Part shown: positions 24,855-35,290 of the stretch, piece after piece | Layout: every line of letters starts with the position of its first letter | Numbering within the stretch: the stretch's first letter is position 1 | IMG/VR virus record: IMGVR_UViG_3300030106_001611 | Location: 1 to 53,319 of that record | Source: a virus | Lineage: Duplodnaviria > Caudoviricetes | Reading direction: 5' to 3' (one strand) | DNA: 53,319 nt | Position numbers and translations under genes: made by a program | The notes under the pieces: model-generated | What the model saw: only the letters and a program-made list of their open reading frames with translations | Told to the model about the DNA's origin: nothing | Database searches by the model: none

Positions 24855-25919
24855 ATGGCTAGTACATATCTGCAACTTGTAAATGAAGTCCTTCGTGACA
24901 TGAACGAAGTTGAGTTGACTTCTGCTACGTTCGCTTCTTCTCGTGGCGTTCAAACTACCGTAAAAGATTACATCAATCGCGCGATAGCAGATATTATAAA
25001 CTCTGATTTGAACTGGCCTTTTACTCATACAAAGGGTTCTGTAGACGTGATTGCGGGTAAAGCCCTTTACAGTCACGCTTCAATATCAACTACGTTAAAG
25101 TATGTAGATTACGACAATATGTTCTTACAGCCAAAGGACTATATTACTAATGGCATATATGAAGTAGACGGAACTTCAAGTATAGCAGGGTGGACAACAG
25201 TCGGTGGCACACCCGCTGCAAGCACAAAATTTGGTAACACACTTTTGCTTACGAGTGCTGAAGCTACTCAAGAAATATCAGACTTAATAGTAGGTCGTTC
25301 CTATACAGTTTTAACACAAACAAGCGGGGCTACTCTTACACTTGAAATTGGAACGAGTGCGGGTGGGGCACAAACAAAATCTAGTACCCTCACTGTAACC
25401 AATGCTAACGAAGTTTTACTTACAGAAACAACTTTTACAGCAACGGCAACGACACATTTTGTTAGTTTTACAGAGGCTGCAGGAAGTGCTGCATTTGTAA
25501 AGCTTGTAACCCTTAGTGAAAACCTTAATCCTGTGCCCTTAAAATATCTTTCTTACGAAGAATACACAGAAAGATTTAGAGAACGAGATTCCAAAGCTGA
25601 TGTTGATAAGTTTGGCGACCCTCAATATGTGTACACGACATACAATGATGAGATTGGACTCACCCCTATACCAGACACAAGCAACAGAACTCTTGAGTTT
25701 GACTACTATGTAACAAACACCGCTTTGTCTGCATCTACAGACACAAGCATTATACCCACACGGTTCGAACCTGTGATAGTATCACGAGCAAAATACTACA
25801 CGTACATGTTTCGTTCCGATACGCAGACAGCACAGTTTGCACTAAAAGAATACGAGGATAGCTTGAAGCGTATGCGGGTCGAGCTACTAAACAGAAAAGA
25901 TTATATGAGAGCAGTATAG
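24855..25919 (+). CDS. Head-tail adaptor (tail tubular protein A-like) with an inserted beta domain
   Basis: TYLQLVNEVL..MNEV, WPF, PIPD, IPTRF. Confidence 0.75.
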   Translation: MASTYLQLVNEVLRDMNEVELTSATFASSRGVQTTVKDYINRAIADIINSDLNWPFTHTKGSVDVIAGKALYSHASISTTLKYVDYDNMFLQPKDYITNGIYEVDGTSSIAGWTTVGGTPAASTKFGNTLLLTSAEATQEISDLIVGRSYTVLTQTSGATLTLEIGTSAGGAQTKSSTLTVTNANEVLLTETTFTATATTHFVSFTEAAGSAAFVKLVTLSENLNPVPLKYLSYEEYTERFRERDSKADVDKFGDPQYVYTTYNDEIGLTPIPDTSNRTLEFDYYVTNTALSASTDTSIIPTRFEPVIVSRAKYYTYMFRSDTQTAQFALKEYEDSLKRMRVELLNRKDYMRAV

Positions 25920-25920
25920 T

Positions 25921-27651
25921 ATGCCCGATTTAGAACTTCAGGGTGTATCCCCACTATCATTCAACTGTGAGGGGGGTCTTGTATTAAACAGGTCCACCTT
26001 TATCATGCAACCCGGTCAGGCACTTGAGTTGGAAAACTTTGAGCCAGATGTTGGTGGTGGATATAAACGCCTACTGGGGTTTAGACCTCTTGTAAATCAA
26101 ATTGTGCCTGAAACAAACGTTTCATCAGAAGCCGTGCTTCTATCAACCAAGTTTAGTAATTTTGTGTTGGCTGCTAGGGGGGATAAAATATTTAGCTCTG
26201 CATCGACAGAGTTATCAATAAAAATAGTTTCTACTACAGCCATGACGGGAGCAGGAACTATCACAGTTGACAGCACAGCAGGGTTTAGTGCTAGTGGCAC
26301 AATCCAAATAAATTCAGAAATATTCACATACACTGGTAAATCTGCAGGTGCATTTACAGGAGTTACACGAGCAACCGGGGGTACAACAGCAGCCAATCAT
26401 GCAGTTACAGATGTGGTTTCAGAAACATGGACAACTAGAGATACAGGAAGAACCAACGCTGCACGATACAACTTTGAGAAATACAACTTTGATGGTAACG
26501 ATAAAATAATTGTTGTTGACCAAACTAACGCCCCCACAATATTTAACGCCTCATTGACGGCCAGCGATGTAAGTGAGAGTTCTGTATCAGGGGCAAAACA
26601 TGTAGTTGCCTTTAAGAATCACATGTTTTATTCCGGCATGTCAGGCACACCACAAGAAGTTGTGTTTAGTGAGCCGTTCGACGAGGATGGTTTTAATGCT
26701 AGTGATGGTGCTGGAAGCATTAAAGTAGATGATACCATTGTCGGCTTGAAAGTCTTCCGTGACAACTTGTTTATCTTCTGTGAAAACAGGATATTTAAGT
26801 TAGGTGGTAGTAGCCTGAGTGACTTTGCTATTGTACCTGTTACTAGAAACATTGGTTGCATAAATGGGTTTAGTATTCTTGAATTTGCAGGTGACTTGGT
26901 ATTTTTAGGTCCAGACGGACTTCGTACTGTTGCTGGTACGGCTCGTATTGGTGACGTTGAGTTGGGAACAATAAGCACCAACGTGCAGCAGTTGTTTAGG
27001 GAAAACCTTGACGATGCTGATGCGTTTGTTTCTTTGGTTATACCGGACAAGACGCAATACAGAATATTCTTTTCAAAAGCTACAGGCATAGCTAGTGCGA
27101 CTATAGGCGTGATTGCAGTGATGAAAGGACAGGCGTTCGAGTTTTCTACGATGAAAGGCATACGCCCCTCCTGTGCAGACACTGTGATTGAAGATGGTGA
27201 CGTTGTTGTTTTACACGGCGGTTTTGACGGGTTTGTTTATAGGCAAGAAAAGGGCAACACGTTTGATGGCACCCTTATAAACGCAAAGTACAGAAGTCCC
27301 GACTTAAATATGGGGGACCCCGGCGTTCGCAAACATATGCAAAGAGTTAATATTAACTACGCACCGGAATCAACCATCGACGCTGATTTATTTGTACGAT
27401 ATGATTATGAATCAAACACATCAACAAGACCTGCTGCATATCCTTTAGATAGTACGAATGTTGCAGGTATTTATGGCACATCAGTTTACGGGAGTGCTGT
27501 GTACGGGGGGCCTTCGCAACCCATTGTTAGAAAAGCAGTGGAGGGTTCAGGGTTTGCAGTTGCTTTGCGGGTAGAAGACGGGGCAACCGCCACAGCCCCA
27601 TATACCCTAAAAGGGTTTCAATTAGAATTTCAAGTGGGAGCGAGAAGGTAA
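25921..27651 (+). CDS. Tail nozzle/stabilisation protein (tubular protein B-like)
   Basis: EGGLV, propeller-like AFKNHMFYS, FRDNLFIF, NIGCI, DLVFLGPDGLR. Confidence 0.8.
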   Translation: MPDLELQGVSPLSFNCEGGLVLNRSTFIMQPGQALELENFEPDVGGGYKRLLGFRPLVNQIVPETNVSSEAVLLSTKFSNFVLAARGDKIFSSASTELSIKIVSTTAMTGAGTITVDSTAGFSASGTIQINSEIFTYTGKSAGAFTGVTRATGGTTAANHAVTDVVSETWTTRDTGRTNAARYNFEKYNFDGNDKIIVVDQTNAPTIFNASLTASDVSESSVSGAKHVVAFKNHMFYSGMSGTPQEVVFSEPFDEDGFNASDGAGSIKVDDTIVGLKVFRDNLFIFCENRIFKLGGSSLSDFAIVPVTRNIGCINGFSILEFAGDLVFLGPDGLRTVAGTARIGDVELGTISTNVQQLFRENLDDADAFVSLVIPDKTQYRIFFSKATGIASATIGVIAVMKGQAFEFSTMKGIRPSCADTVIEDGDVVVLHGGFDGFVYRQEKGNTFDGTLINAKYRSPDLNMGDPGVRKHMQRVNINYAPESTIDADLFVRYDYESNTSTRPAAYPLDSTNVAGIYGTSVYGSAVYGGPSQPIVRKAVEGSGFAVALRVEDGATATAPYTLKGFQLEFQVGARR

Positions 27652-29685
27652 ATGGGCGCAAATTATACACGGCAGTCCACATACACTGACGGTGATACAA
27701 TCAGTGCTGCCGATACCAACGATGAATTTGACCAACTGCTTGCGGCGTTTGCAGCAAACACAGGACATACCCACGATGGTACGACAGGTGAGGGTGGACC
27801 AATTACAACGTTGGCTACAAACACGGTTACATTTGGAACTGGAGCAGACACTGATATATCTGTAACATTCGATGCAAATAGCAACGATGGTGTTATCACG
27901 TGGATGGAAGATGAAGATTACTTCCAGTTCTCAGATGAAATACTGATGACCACTACAGAAAAGATTTTGTTTCGTGACACGGCATTGTCCATAAGTTCGT
28001 CCACCGATGGACAGCTTGATATTGATGCCGATACAGAAGTTGAGATTACTGCACCTCTTGTTGAGATGTCTGCAGATGCAACAGTGGGGGATGACTTTAC
28101 GTTAAAGTCTGATGCCGCTGTTCTTGGTTTTGGGGCAGATACAGATACCACACTCACACATGTAGCCGATACAGGTTTGTTACTTAACTCTACCCGACAG
28201 TTACAGTTTGGTGATAGTGGAACATATATTCATCAATCAGCCGATGGTGTGCTTGACCTTGTATCTGATACAGAGATAGAGATTAATGCTACCACCATAG
28301 ATGTAAATGGTGCTATTGATGTTTCGGGTGCATCTACCCTTACGGGTAACGTAACTCTTGGCGGTCAGTTACGTATGCCAGACAACACAGCCAGCAAGTT
28401 GCTGATTGCAGATGGCACCAGCTTTGAAGAAAAGGCTGTTGGTGATTTATCAGAGATATCAACTGTAGCAAATGATGATGTATTTCTTGCCGTAGACACA
28501 TCCGGCGGTGGTCTTAAAAAGATTCAACGAAGTGCTATAGTTGCAGGGCTTGCAACATCAGGAGCGATATCCAACGTGGCTGAAGATTCGACTCCGCAGC
28601 TTGGTGGCAATCTCGATATGAATGGTAACGACATTGTTACCACATCCAATGCAGATATTGACCTTGCCCCTAATGGCACGGGTAAAGTTGTAGTTAAGGG
28701 TAACACTAATCCGGGCACAGTTGTTTTTAATTGTGAAAGCAACAGTCATGGTCAGACAGTTAAATCTCAACCCCACTCTGCATCAGTTACAAACGTACTA
28801 ACTCTTCCACCGGGTGGGGACCAAGAAATTGTCGGTACAACAGCCACTCAAACTCTAACCAATAAAACTATTGATGCCAGTCAGCTTTCTGGTACGGTCG
28901 CCAATGCACGTCTTGATGCACAACTGCAAGATGTAGCTGGTCTTGCTGTTACAGACGGTGGTTTTATTGTTGGCAACGGCTCAAACTTTGTGCTTGAAAC
29001 GGGTGCTACTGTACGTTCGTCTCTTGGATTAGCTGCCTCTGCAACGACGGATACAACTAATGCGAGTAACATTGGTTCAGGAACATTAGCCGCTGCTAGA
29101 ATGGCTGCTGCACAAACAGCTATCACATCTATCCTTGCAACAGATGTTAAAATTGGTGAAGACAATGAAACCAAGATTGACTTTGAGACTGCAGACGAAA
29201 TACATTTCTATGCAGCCAACGCTGAACAGGTATTTGTATCGGACGGTGTATTTGGACCCCAGACAGATAGCGATGTAGACTTAGGTACAACAGGTGCAAG
29301 ATTTAAAGATGCTTATATTGACAGCGCAACAATCACAGGTGATGTAGCTGTAGGTGATGACATCACAGTGGCAGGTAGAGCAGTTGGCACCATGACTACA
29401 GACAATGACGGTAGTTTTGATTTATCTGTAAGTAACGATTTTAAATGTACTCCTAGTGGTAACTTTACATTAACATTTACAAATGGTGATGAAGGACAGT
29501 CAGGAAATATAATACTCATAAATAGTGGTGGTCACACGGTTTCTGCTCATGCTGATATAGCAATCAATGCCACAACTTTAACCGCTTTGTCTACGGCTGG
29601 AACTTACCATCTCGCTTACTTCTGTAGCGCAGACAGCGGCACAGCTAATACAATAGCCGTATCCGCATCAGGGGCTTTGACTTAA
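27652..29685 (+). CDS. Tail fibre protein
   Basis: YTRQS...NDEF...GHTHDG N-terminus; DSTPQLGGNLD, TQTLTNKT. Confidence 0.8.
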   Translation: MGANYTRQSTYTDGDTISAADTNDEFDQLLAAFAANTGHTHDGTTGEGGPITTLATNTVTFGTGADTDISVTFDANSNDGVITWMEDEDYFQFSDEILMTTTEKILFRDTALSISSSTDGQLDIDADTEVEITAPLVEMSADATVGDDFTLKSDAAVLGFGADTDTTLTHVADTGLLLNSTRQLQFGDSGTYIHQSADGVLDLVSDTEIEINATTIDVNGAIDVSGASTLTGNVTLGGQLRMPDNTASKLLIADGTSFEEKAVGDLSEISTVANDDVFLAVDTSGGGLKKIQRSAIVAGLATSGAISNVAEDSTPQLGGNLDMNGNDIVTTSNADIDLAPNGTGKVVVKGNTNPGTVVFNCESNSHGQTVKSQPHSASVTNVLTLPPGGDQEIVGTTATQTLTNKTIDASQLSGTVANARLDAQLQDVAGLAVTDGGFIVGNGSNFVLETGATVRSSLGLAASATTDTTNASNIGSGTLAAARMAAAQTAITSILATDVKIGEDNETKIDFETADEIHFYAANAEQVFVSDGVFGPQTDSDVDLGTTGARFKDAYIDSATITGDVAVGDDITVAGRAVGTMTTDNDGSFDLSVSNDFKCTPSGNFTLTFTNGDEGQSGNIILINSGGHTVSAHADIAINATTLTALSTAGTYHLAYFCSADSGTANTIAVSASGALT

Positions 29686-32225
29686 TGAGTGTAATTAAAG
29701 GTAATCATGGCGGGTTAGGTGGCTCTGGTGCGCCCGGCGGTGCGTTAGGTTCGTTTTATAGTCACACTATTGACCAGTCTTTGCGTTTTAATCGTGGTGA
29801 TAGTGCAAAGTTAACTCGCACACCTTCTTCTGCTGGTAATAGAGCAACTTGGACTTGGAGTGCGTGGGTAAAAAGGTCTGGCTTAGGCACCATTCAACAA
29901 TTATTCTGCTCTACTGCCGGAGATTATAATTTAAGATTTAACACTGACGATACAATAATATTTGAGGGTGCTTTTGGGACAAACACTAGTGCTGCCGTTT
30001 TCAGAGATGTTTCAGCTTGGCTTAATATTGTGGCAGCCCATGATACTACAGAAAGCACTTCTTCTGACAGATATAAACTTTATGTGAATGGTACACAACA
30101 AACTGTATCTGGAGCGTATCCTTCTGGTGACGGCATTATTAACAATACTGTTGAACACGGAATAGGCGGTCAAAGCGCACACTATTTTGACGGTTATATG
30201 GCACAGGTCAATTTTATTGACGGCACTGCTTTAACTCCTACAAGTTTTGGCGAGACAAAAGACGGAGTGTGGATACCGAAATCATACAGTGGTAGTCATG
30301 GGACTAATGGGTTTTTCCTGCCGTTTGATGACTCTAGCGCAATAGGTGATGATGAAAGCGCAAACACAAATGACTGGACTGCCAGCAACCTAGCCGCAAC
30401 CGATGTCGTGCCAGATAGCCCGACTAATAACTTTTCTACGATGAATTCAATATATCACTCTTCATCACAGGCTACTTTGTCGGAAGGTAACTTAAAAGTA
30501 GATGGTGCTGGTTTTGTAAATGCGGCAGACGGGTATGGTGCAGTATCAACATTTTCCATACCGAAGGACAAAAAGATTTACATTGAAGTCGAGTGTACCG
30601 ATGGAACTAGTGACAACTGGTTTGCTGGGTTTGCTTCACAATCTGGCTTAGAAAGTGGCCCATCAAGTACAAGTGTTGGCGGCTCTAACGCTATCACAGT
30701 TTACAATCGTTCAGTTTATGTAAACGGTTCGGAAACTGATTATGGTTCAAGTGCTGGACTTGGTGGGCTGGGCGTTGCTAAGTTATCGGCTGGTGACATT
30801 CTTGGCTGTATGTGTGATGGGGCAACAGGCAAGGTTTGGTTTAGTCGTAATGGCACATATTTTAAGTCACCTAGTACAAATAACAGCGGAACCACTGGCG
30901 ACCCTGCTGGTGGAAATCACGAAATAGGCACGATTACCAACGGAACAACCGAAGATGTATTTTTTGTTATTGGTTCAAACACAAGCGTATCGTCTATATT
31001 CGTAAATTTTGGGCAAGACAGCGTAAACGTAGCCAGTGCAAGTGCGGATGGCGAAGGTATTGGCACCTTTGAGTATGCGCCGCCGACAGATTATCTTGCT
31101 CTCTGTGCCAGCAATTTAAGCGACCCAACAATCGGCCCCGGACAAAGCACTCAAGCCGATGACCATTTTAATACTGTGTTATACACTGGTGATGCTGACA
31201 ACGATGTAACGGCTACAAATACTTTTGCTGCGGATTGGGTTTGGTTAAAAAATAGGACTGATAGTTCTACTAATCATTACTTGCAAGACTCAGTGCGTGG
31301 GTTTGGTGCGTCAAAATCTCTAAGTAGTAACACTACCGGAACTGAAGGTTATAACGGTGGTGCGCCATCTAGTCATAATATTGTTACAAGTAGTAGTTCT
31401 TTAAGGCTTGTGTCATCAGATTTGGCAACAAATACCAAGAACTTTGTGGCTTGGACTTGGAAAGGTGGTGGTAATTCCAACACTTTTAATGTTGATGGAA
31501 CGGGGTACGGTTCTGCATCCGATGCAAGTCTTAGTGGCGGCAATGTCACTCCAACAGGAGCATCTATAAACACAACTTCTGGAATATCTATAATCAGTTA
31601 CACTGGAAATGGGTCTGCAAGTCAAACAATAAAGCATGGTTTATCCAGTGCGCCAGAATTTATAATTATTAAAGACAGAGACTCAAACAGTAGCAACAAT
31701 CAGTGGCAAATTTCTCATACGCCTCTTGGCGATGACTATGGGTATTTTACAACGGATGCGTTTGCTGGCGTAGCCCAAATGGTTCCTACAAGTGGAGATG
31801 CCACAACAAATACTATTGGTATTGATGGAACTGTTTTAACAAATGAAAGCGGTGATGATTTTATCATGTATAGTTTTCATTCAGTGGAGGGCTACTCAAA
31901 GGTTGGAACATATATAGGGAATGGTAATGCAGATGGTACGTTTGTCTACACAGGATTTAGGCCAGCTTGGCTTATAGTAAAGCGTTCAAGTGGCAGTGGG
32001 GGTTGGCATATGTTTGACAACAAACGGTCTACCTTCAACGAAATAGATGTTCGACTAGAGGTCGATAATAGTGATGCTGAAAATACAAGCGGCCCACCTC
32101 ATATGGATTTTGTTAGCAACGGATTTAAGATGAAGACTAGTTTTGATAATATGAACGCTAATGGTAGCACTTACATATACCTCGCCTTTGCCGAAGCCCC
32201 ATTTAAGTTCAGCAATGCCCGATAG
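29685..32225 (+). CDS. Receptor-binding/tail protein with LamG-like and SPRY-like domains
   Basis: SLRFN...TWTWSAWVKR, FDGYMAQVNFIDG, DSPTNNF, LSEGNL, YIYLAFAE. Confidence 0.75.
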   Translation: MSVIKGNHGGLGGSGAPGGALGSFYSHTIDQSLRFNRGDSAKLTRTPSSAGNRATWTWSAWVKRSGLGTIQQLFCSTAGDYNLRFNTDDTIIFEGAFGTNTSAAVFRDVSAWLNIVAAHDTTESTSSDRYKLYVNGTQQTVSGAYPSGDGIINNTVEHGIGGQSAHYFDGYMAQVNFIDGTALTPTSFGETKDGVWIPKSYSGSHGTNGFFLPFDDSSAIGDDESANTNDWTASNLAATDVVPDSPTNNFSTMNSIYHSSSQATLSEGNLKVDGAGFVNAADGYGAVSTFSIPKDKKIYIEVECTDGTSDNWFAGFASQSGLESGPSSTSVGGSNAITVYNRSVYVNGSETDYGSSAGLGGLGVAKLSAGDILGCMCDGATGKVWFSRNGTYFKSPSTNNSGTTGDPAGGNHEIGTITNGTTEDVFFVIGSNTSVSSIFVNFGQDSVNVASASADGEGIGTFEYAPPTDYLALCASNLSDPTIGPGQSTQADDHFNTVLYTGDADNDVTATNTFAADWVWLKNRTDSSTNHYLQDSVRGFGASKSLSSNTTGTEGYNGGAPSSHNIVTSSSSLRLVSSDLATNTKNFVAWTWKGGGNSNTFNVDGTGYGSASDASLSGGNVTPTGASINTTSGISIISYTGNGSASQTIKHGLSSAPEFIIIKDRDSNSSNNQWQISHTPLGDDYGYFTTDAFAGVAQMVPTSGDATTNTIGIDGTVLTNESGDDFIMYSFHSVEGYSKVGTYIGNGNADGTFVYTGFRPAWLIVKRSSGSGGWHMFDNKRSTFNEIDVRLEVDNSDAENTSGPPHMDFVSNGFKMKTSFDNMNANGSTYIYLAFAEAPFKFSNAR

Positions 32226-32236
32226 GAGAATATAAA

Positions 32237-32806
32237 ATGCCGTGGAAATATAACGGAGCAACACTTAAAGAAGGCCGTGAGTTTACTGGCACAGACGGTA
32301 CACAGTATCCAAAAGTTTGGATGCGGTATAGTGCTGACGAAAAGAAAGCTATTGGTATAACTTGGGAAAACCCAGCCGCAAGCGAAGCAGCTTTTGACAA
32401 TAGGTTTTACAGTGGCAGGCAAAGCGATGGTACATTAATTCCCAAAAGTTTAACTGACGTAAACGAAGTAGATTCAGACGGTAATCCTATAAATGGACTA
32501 GACGGTAATCAAATTGTAACACCCGGACTTAAGACTGTTTGGGTTGCACATACAAAGCGCACGGCAAACGAAAAACTTGCAGTGCATGATTGGTATGTTA
32601 CTCGCAAAGCTGAAAAGTCTACAGCCGTACCTAGTTCAGTGACCACATATAGGGATGCTGTTCGCACTAAATGCGGCGAGATAGAAACAGCCTTGAATGG
32701 TGCGGCAAACTTGACAGCGTTTATGGCTTTGTTTGATGACGAACGTAATTCAGACGGTACATTAAAGACGATTGCTAAAATTAATGACTGGCCTGATGAG
32801 ATATAA
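32237..32806 (+). CDS. Tail-fibre-associated protein/chaperone
   Basis: DGTQYP..W, DWYVTRKAE, YRDAVR, WP C-terminus. Confidence 0.65.
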   Translation: MPWKYNGATLKEGREFTGTDGTQYPKVWMRYSADEKKAIGITWENPAASEAAFDNRFYSGRQSDGTLIPKSLTDVNEVDSDGNPINGLDGNQIVTPGLKTVWVAHTKRTANEKLAVHDWYVTRKAEKSTAVPSSVTTYRDAVRTKCGEIETALNGAANLTAFMALFDDERNSDGTLKTIAKINDWPDEI

Positions 32807-32846
32807 TTATGAAATTTTCTAAAGGGCTTTACAAAAGGACTAGGCG

Positions 32847-34196
32847 ATGGCATTAAACATTCAAGCAGAAATGGAGAATATAGCGCAGGGACAGCCGACA
32901 ACGCAGCCTCCGCAGGTTACGCCTACGTTAGTTACAGAACAGCCGACTGAAATTCTGGGAACTGGTCTTGGGCAAGTAGGCACCGCCCCCACAATAACTA
33001 CCGCGCAGGCTCCCACAGCAGGCATAACAACAACAGCACCCACCGCACCGACTACACCCGTTGGTCAAGTTGCAGCCGTAGAGGACGTAACCACAGATTT
33101 ACAACAGCTAGGTGGAGCACAGGCTGCACAGCTAACCCCAGCCGCGAACTATGTAGACATGACAGGTGTTCAAGCAGGGCCATCAGCAGGTGCCCTAGCC
33201 ACTGCCGCTACACAACAGTTAGACCCCCAAGCTACCACACAGTATCAGCTTGGACAGATAATGTCTTCCCTGCAGGCTGGTGGACCTATGCCTGCCTTTG
33301 CTGCCCCAGCGGTTCGCAAAGTAAACGCCATCATGCAGGCTCGTGGTTTGGGAGCCAGTTCGATGGCATCCGCTGCTATAACACAGGCTCTTATGGAGTC
33401 TGGGGTTCAGATTGCACAACAGGATGCGAACAAGTATGCAGCTATTCAGTTGCAAAACTTGAACAACCAGCAGCAGACAGCTTTGGCTAACGCAACAACG
33501 TTCGCAGCGATGGACAAGGCAAACCTCAACGCACGGATGCAGGCTGCTGTTACAAATGCACAATCATTTTTATCTGTGGACTTAAAAAACCTTGACAATA
33601 AGCAGAAAAGTGATACACTTACATATCAGAGTCTTGTTCAAGGACTGTTCAAAGACGCTTCTGAAGAAAATGCGCGGCAACAGTTTAATGCAAAGAATGA
33701 CCTGCAGGTTGAAGAGTTCTTTGCGGAACTAGGTGCACAAGTAGACACAGCAAACGCGAACCGTCTTTCAGCTATGGAACAGTTTAATGTTTCTGAACAA
33801 AACGCAATGACGCAGTTTGATGTAAACGTAAGAGATAGTCGCGATAAATTCAATGCAAATATGAAGTTTGCGGTTGACCAGTCAAATGCGGTATGGCGTA
33901 GAGAGATTAATACTGCGAACACAGCCCTTCAGAACGAAACAAATCGTATTAATGTGCAGAATGCCTACGGTATGACCACGAATGCTCTAAACAGTCTTTG
34001 GCAATCATATCGCGACAACGCATCTTGGAACTTCCAGAAAAGTGAGAACGCCCTACAGCGTCAACACGATATTGGAACCATTGCAATGCAATACGCGAAC
34101 AGCAAGGACATGTATGACCAAGAGCAGAAGGACGAGATAGTCACAGGGGTTGGTAATTGGGTTATGACGTGGGCCGCTAATAAATTAAAATTTTAA
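32847..34196 (+). CDS. Internal virion (ejection) protein
   Basis: Q/A/N-rich helical; RGLGASSMA; position. Confidence 0.65.
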   Translation: MALNIQAEMENIAQGQPTTQPPQVTPTLVTEQPTEILGTGLGQVGTAPTITTAQAPTAGITTTAPTAPTTPVGQVAAVEDVTTDLQQLGGAQAAQLTPAANYVDMTGVQAGPSAGALATAATQQLDPQATTQYQLGQIMSSLQAGGPMPAFAAPAVRKVNAIMQARGLGASSMASAAITQALMESGVQIAQQDANKYAAIQLQNLNNQQQTALANATTFAAMDKANLNARMQAAVTNAQSFLSVDLKNLDNKQKSDTLTYQSLVQGLFKDASEENARQQFNAKNDLQVEEFFAELGAQVDTANANRLSAMEQFNVSEQNAMTQFDVNVRDSRDKFNANMKFAVDQSNAVWRREINTANTALQNETNRINVQNAYGMTTNALNSLWQSYRDNASWNFQKSENALQRQHDIGTIAMQYANSKDMYDQEQKDEIVTGVGNWVMTWAANKLKF

Positions 34197-34207
34197 GGAA
34201 TGGGTAA

Positions 34208-34750
34208 ATGAGTTTTTGGAGTACAGTTACAGATTATGCGAAAACGGCAACCGAATTTGTTTTGGGTACAGCACAGTACACAGAAGAAGGTGGAGAAGAC
34301 ATATTTACAGGAGAGTATGTCGGAGGTTTGGGATTAGGAAATGTTTATGAATTTGGAAAAAATATTCTAGGTAGCGATTTTGTAAAAGATGCGGCAGGCT
34401 CTTTTTTAACAATGGGTGATAGACAAGATATACCTCAGATACAAAAAGCTGCATTCAGAACTCCTGAAATTTCACGAACAGCATCAACTGTTAGTGTAGC
34501 GGCTTTAGCTAGCATGGCTAATTCCACAGGTGTAAATAACGCACGACTGCAGCAAGCATTATCCAGTGCTCGTGCACGACCCACTGGCAGCACTCCCCTT
34601 CAAAGAATGGTGGGTGGTAGTGCAGTCAATCCAACCTTACGTCAGGGTCGCCGTACACAAGGTTTGGGAACAACTAATGTTGCTCGTGTCGCCGCAGCAC
34701 CTGCAGCAACGGTTCGCAAAGAAGTAACTACAGCAACAACAACAACATAG
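34208..34750 (+). CDS. Putative internal virion protein
   Basis: TAAGGA RBS; position. Confidence 0.6.
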   Translation: MSFWSTVTDYAKTATEFVLGTAQYTEEGGEDIFTGEYVGGLGLGNVYEFGKNILGSDFVKDAAGSFLTMGDRQDIPQIQKAAFRTPEISRTASTVSVAALASMANSTGVNNARLQQALSSARARPTGSTPLQRMVGGSAVNPTLRQGRRTQGLGTTNVARVAAAPAATVRKEVTTATTTT

Positions 34751-34758
34751 GATAGGAA

Positions 34759-35289
34759 ATGGCGCAGCCCCCACAGAATGTAGGCGACAGGTTCGCAGTA
34801 GCTCCTCCGGGATTCTCCTTAACACAGGACAATTCGCAATGGCCTTGGGGAAGACCCCCACGGGATGCAGACCCTGAGATTGCCTTAGAAAACGCTGTTA
34901 AAAGCATTGAACAGCCAAAAACCCAGCAGGAAATGATAAAGCTGCTAATGGTTGGTGTATCCGTTGAGGTGCTTGTTGAGGGCATAATATTTGCCGGATT
35001 TCAAGAGGGTTTGTTCACCCCAGATGTAGGTATGCTTATAAAGCCAGCCTTAGCAATCATCATTGGCGATATGGCAGAAGAAGAAAATATTCCGTATCGG
35101 ATGTTTGAAAATGACGATGCCGAAACCGAAGGTGAGATGGATGATGAGACATTCTTCCGTATGATGAAAGCAAATAATCCTCGCATGTTCGAATTTGTTC
35201 AAGAAAATCTAAATGCTGCGTACAGAGCGGGAACGCAGCCACCAGAACCAGAACAGGAGCGCGGGTTTCTAACAGCGCGGGAGTCTTAA
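34759..35289 (+). CDS. Conserved virion-module protein
   Basis: PPGFSLT...WPWGRPP, GLFTPDV. Confidence 0.65.
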   Translation: MAQPPQNVGDRFAVAPPGFSLTQDNSQWPWGRPPRDADPEIALENAVKSIEQPKTQQEMIKLLMVGVSVEVLVEGIIFAGFQEGLFTPDVGMLIKPALAIIIGDMAEEENIPYRMFENDDAETEGEMDDETFFRMMKANNPRMFEFVQENLNAAYRAGTQPPEPEQERGFLTARES

Positions 35290-35290
35290 A

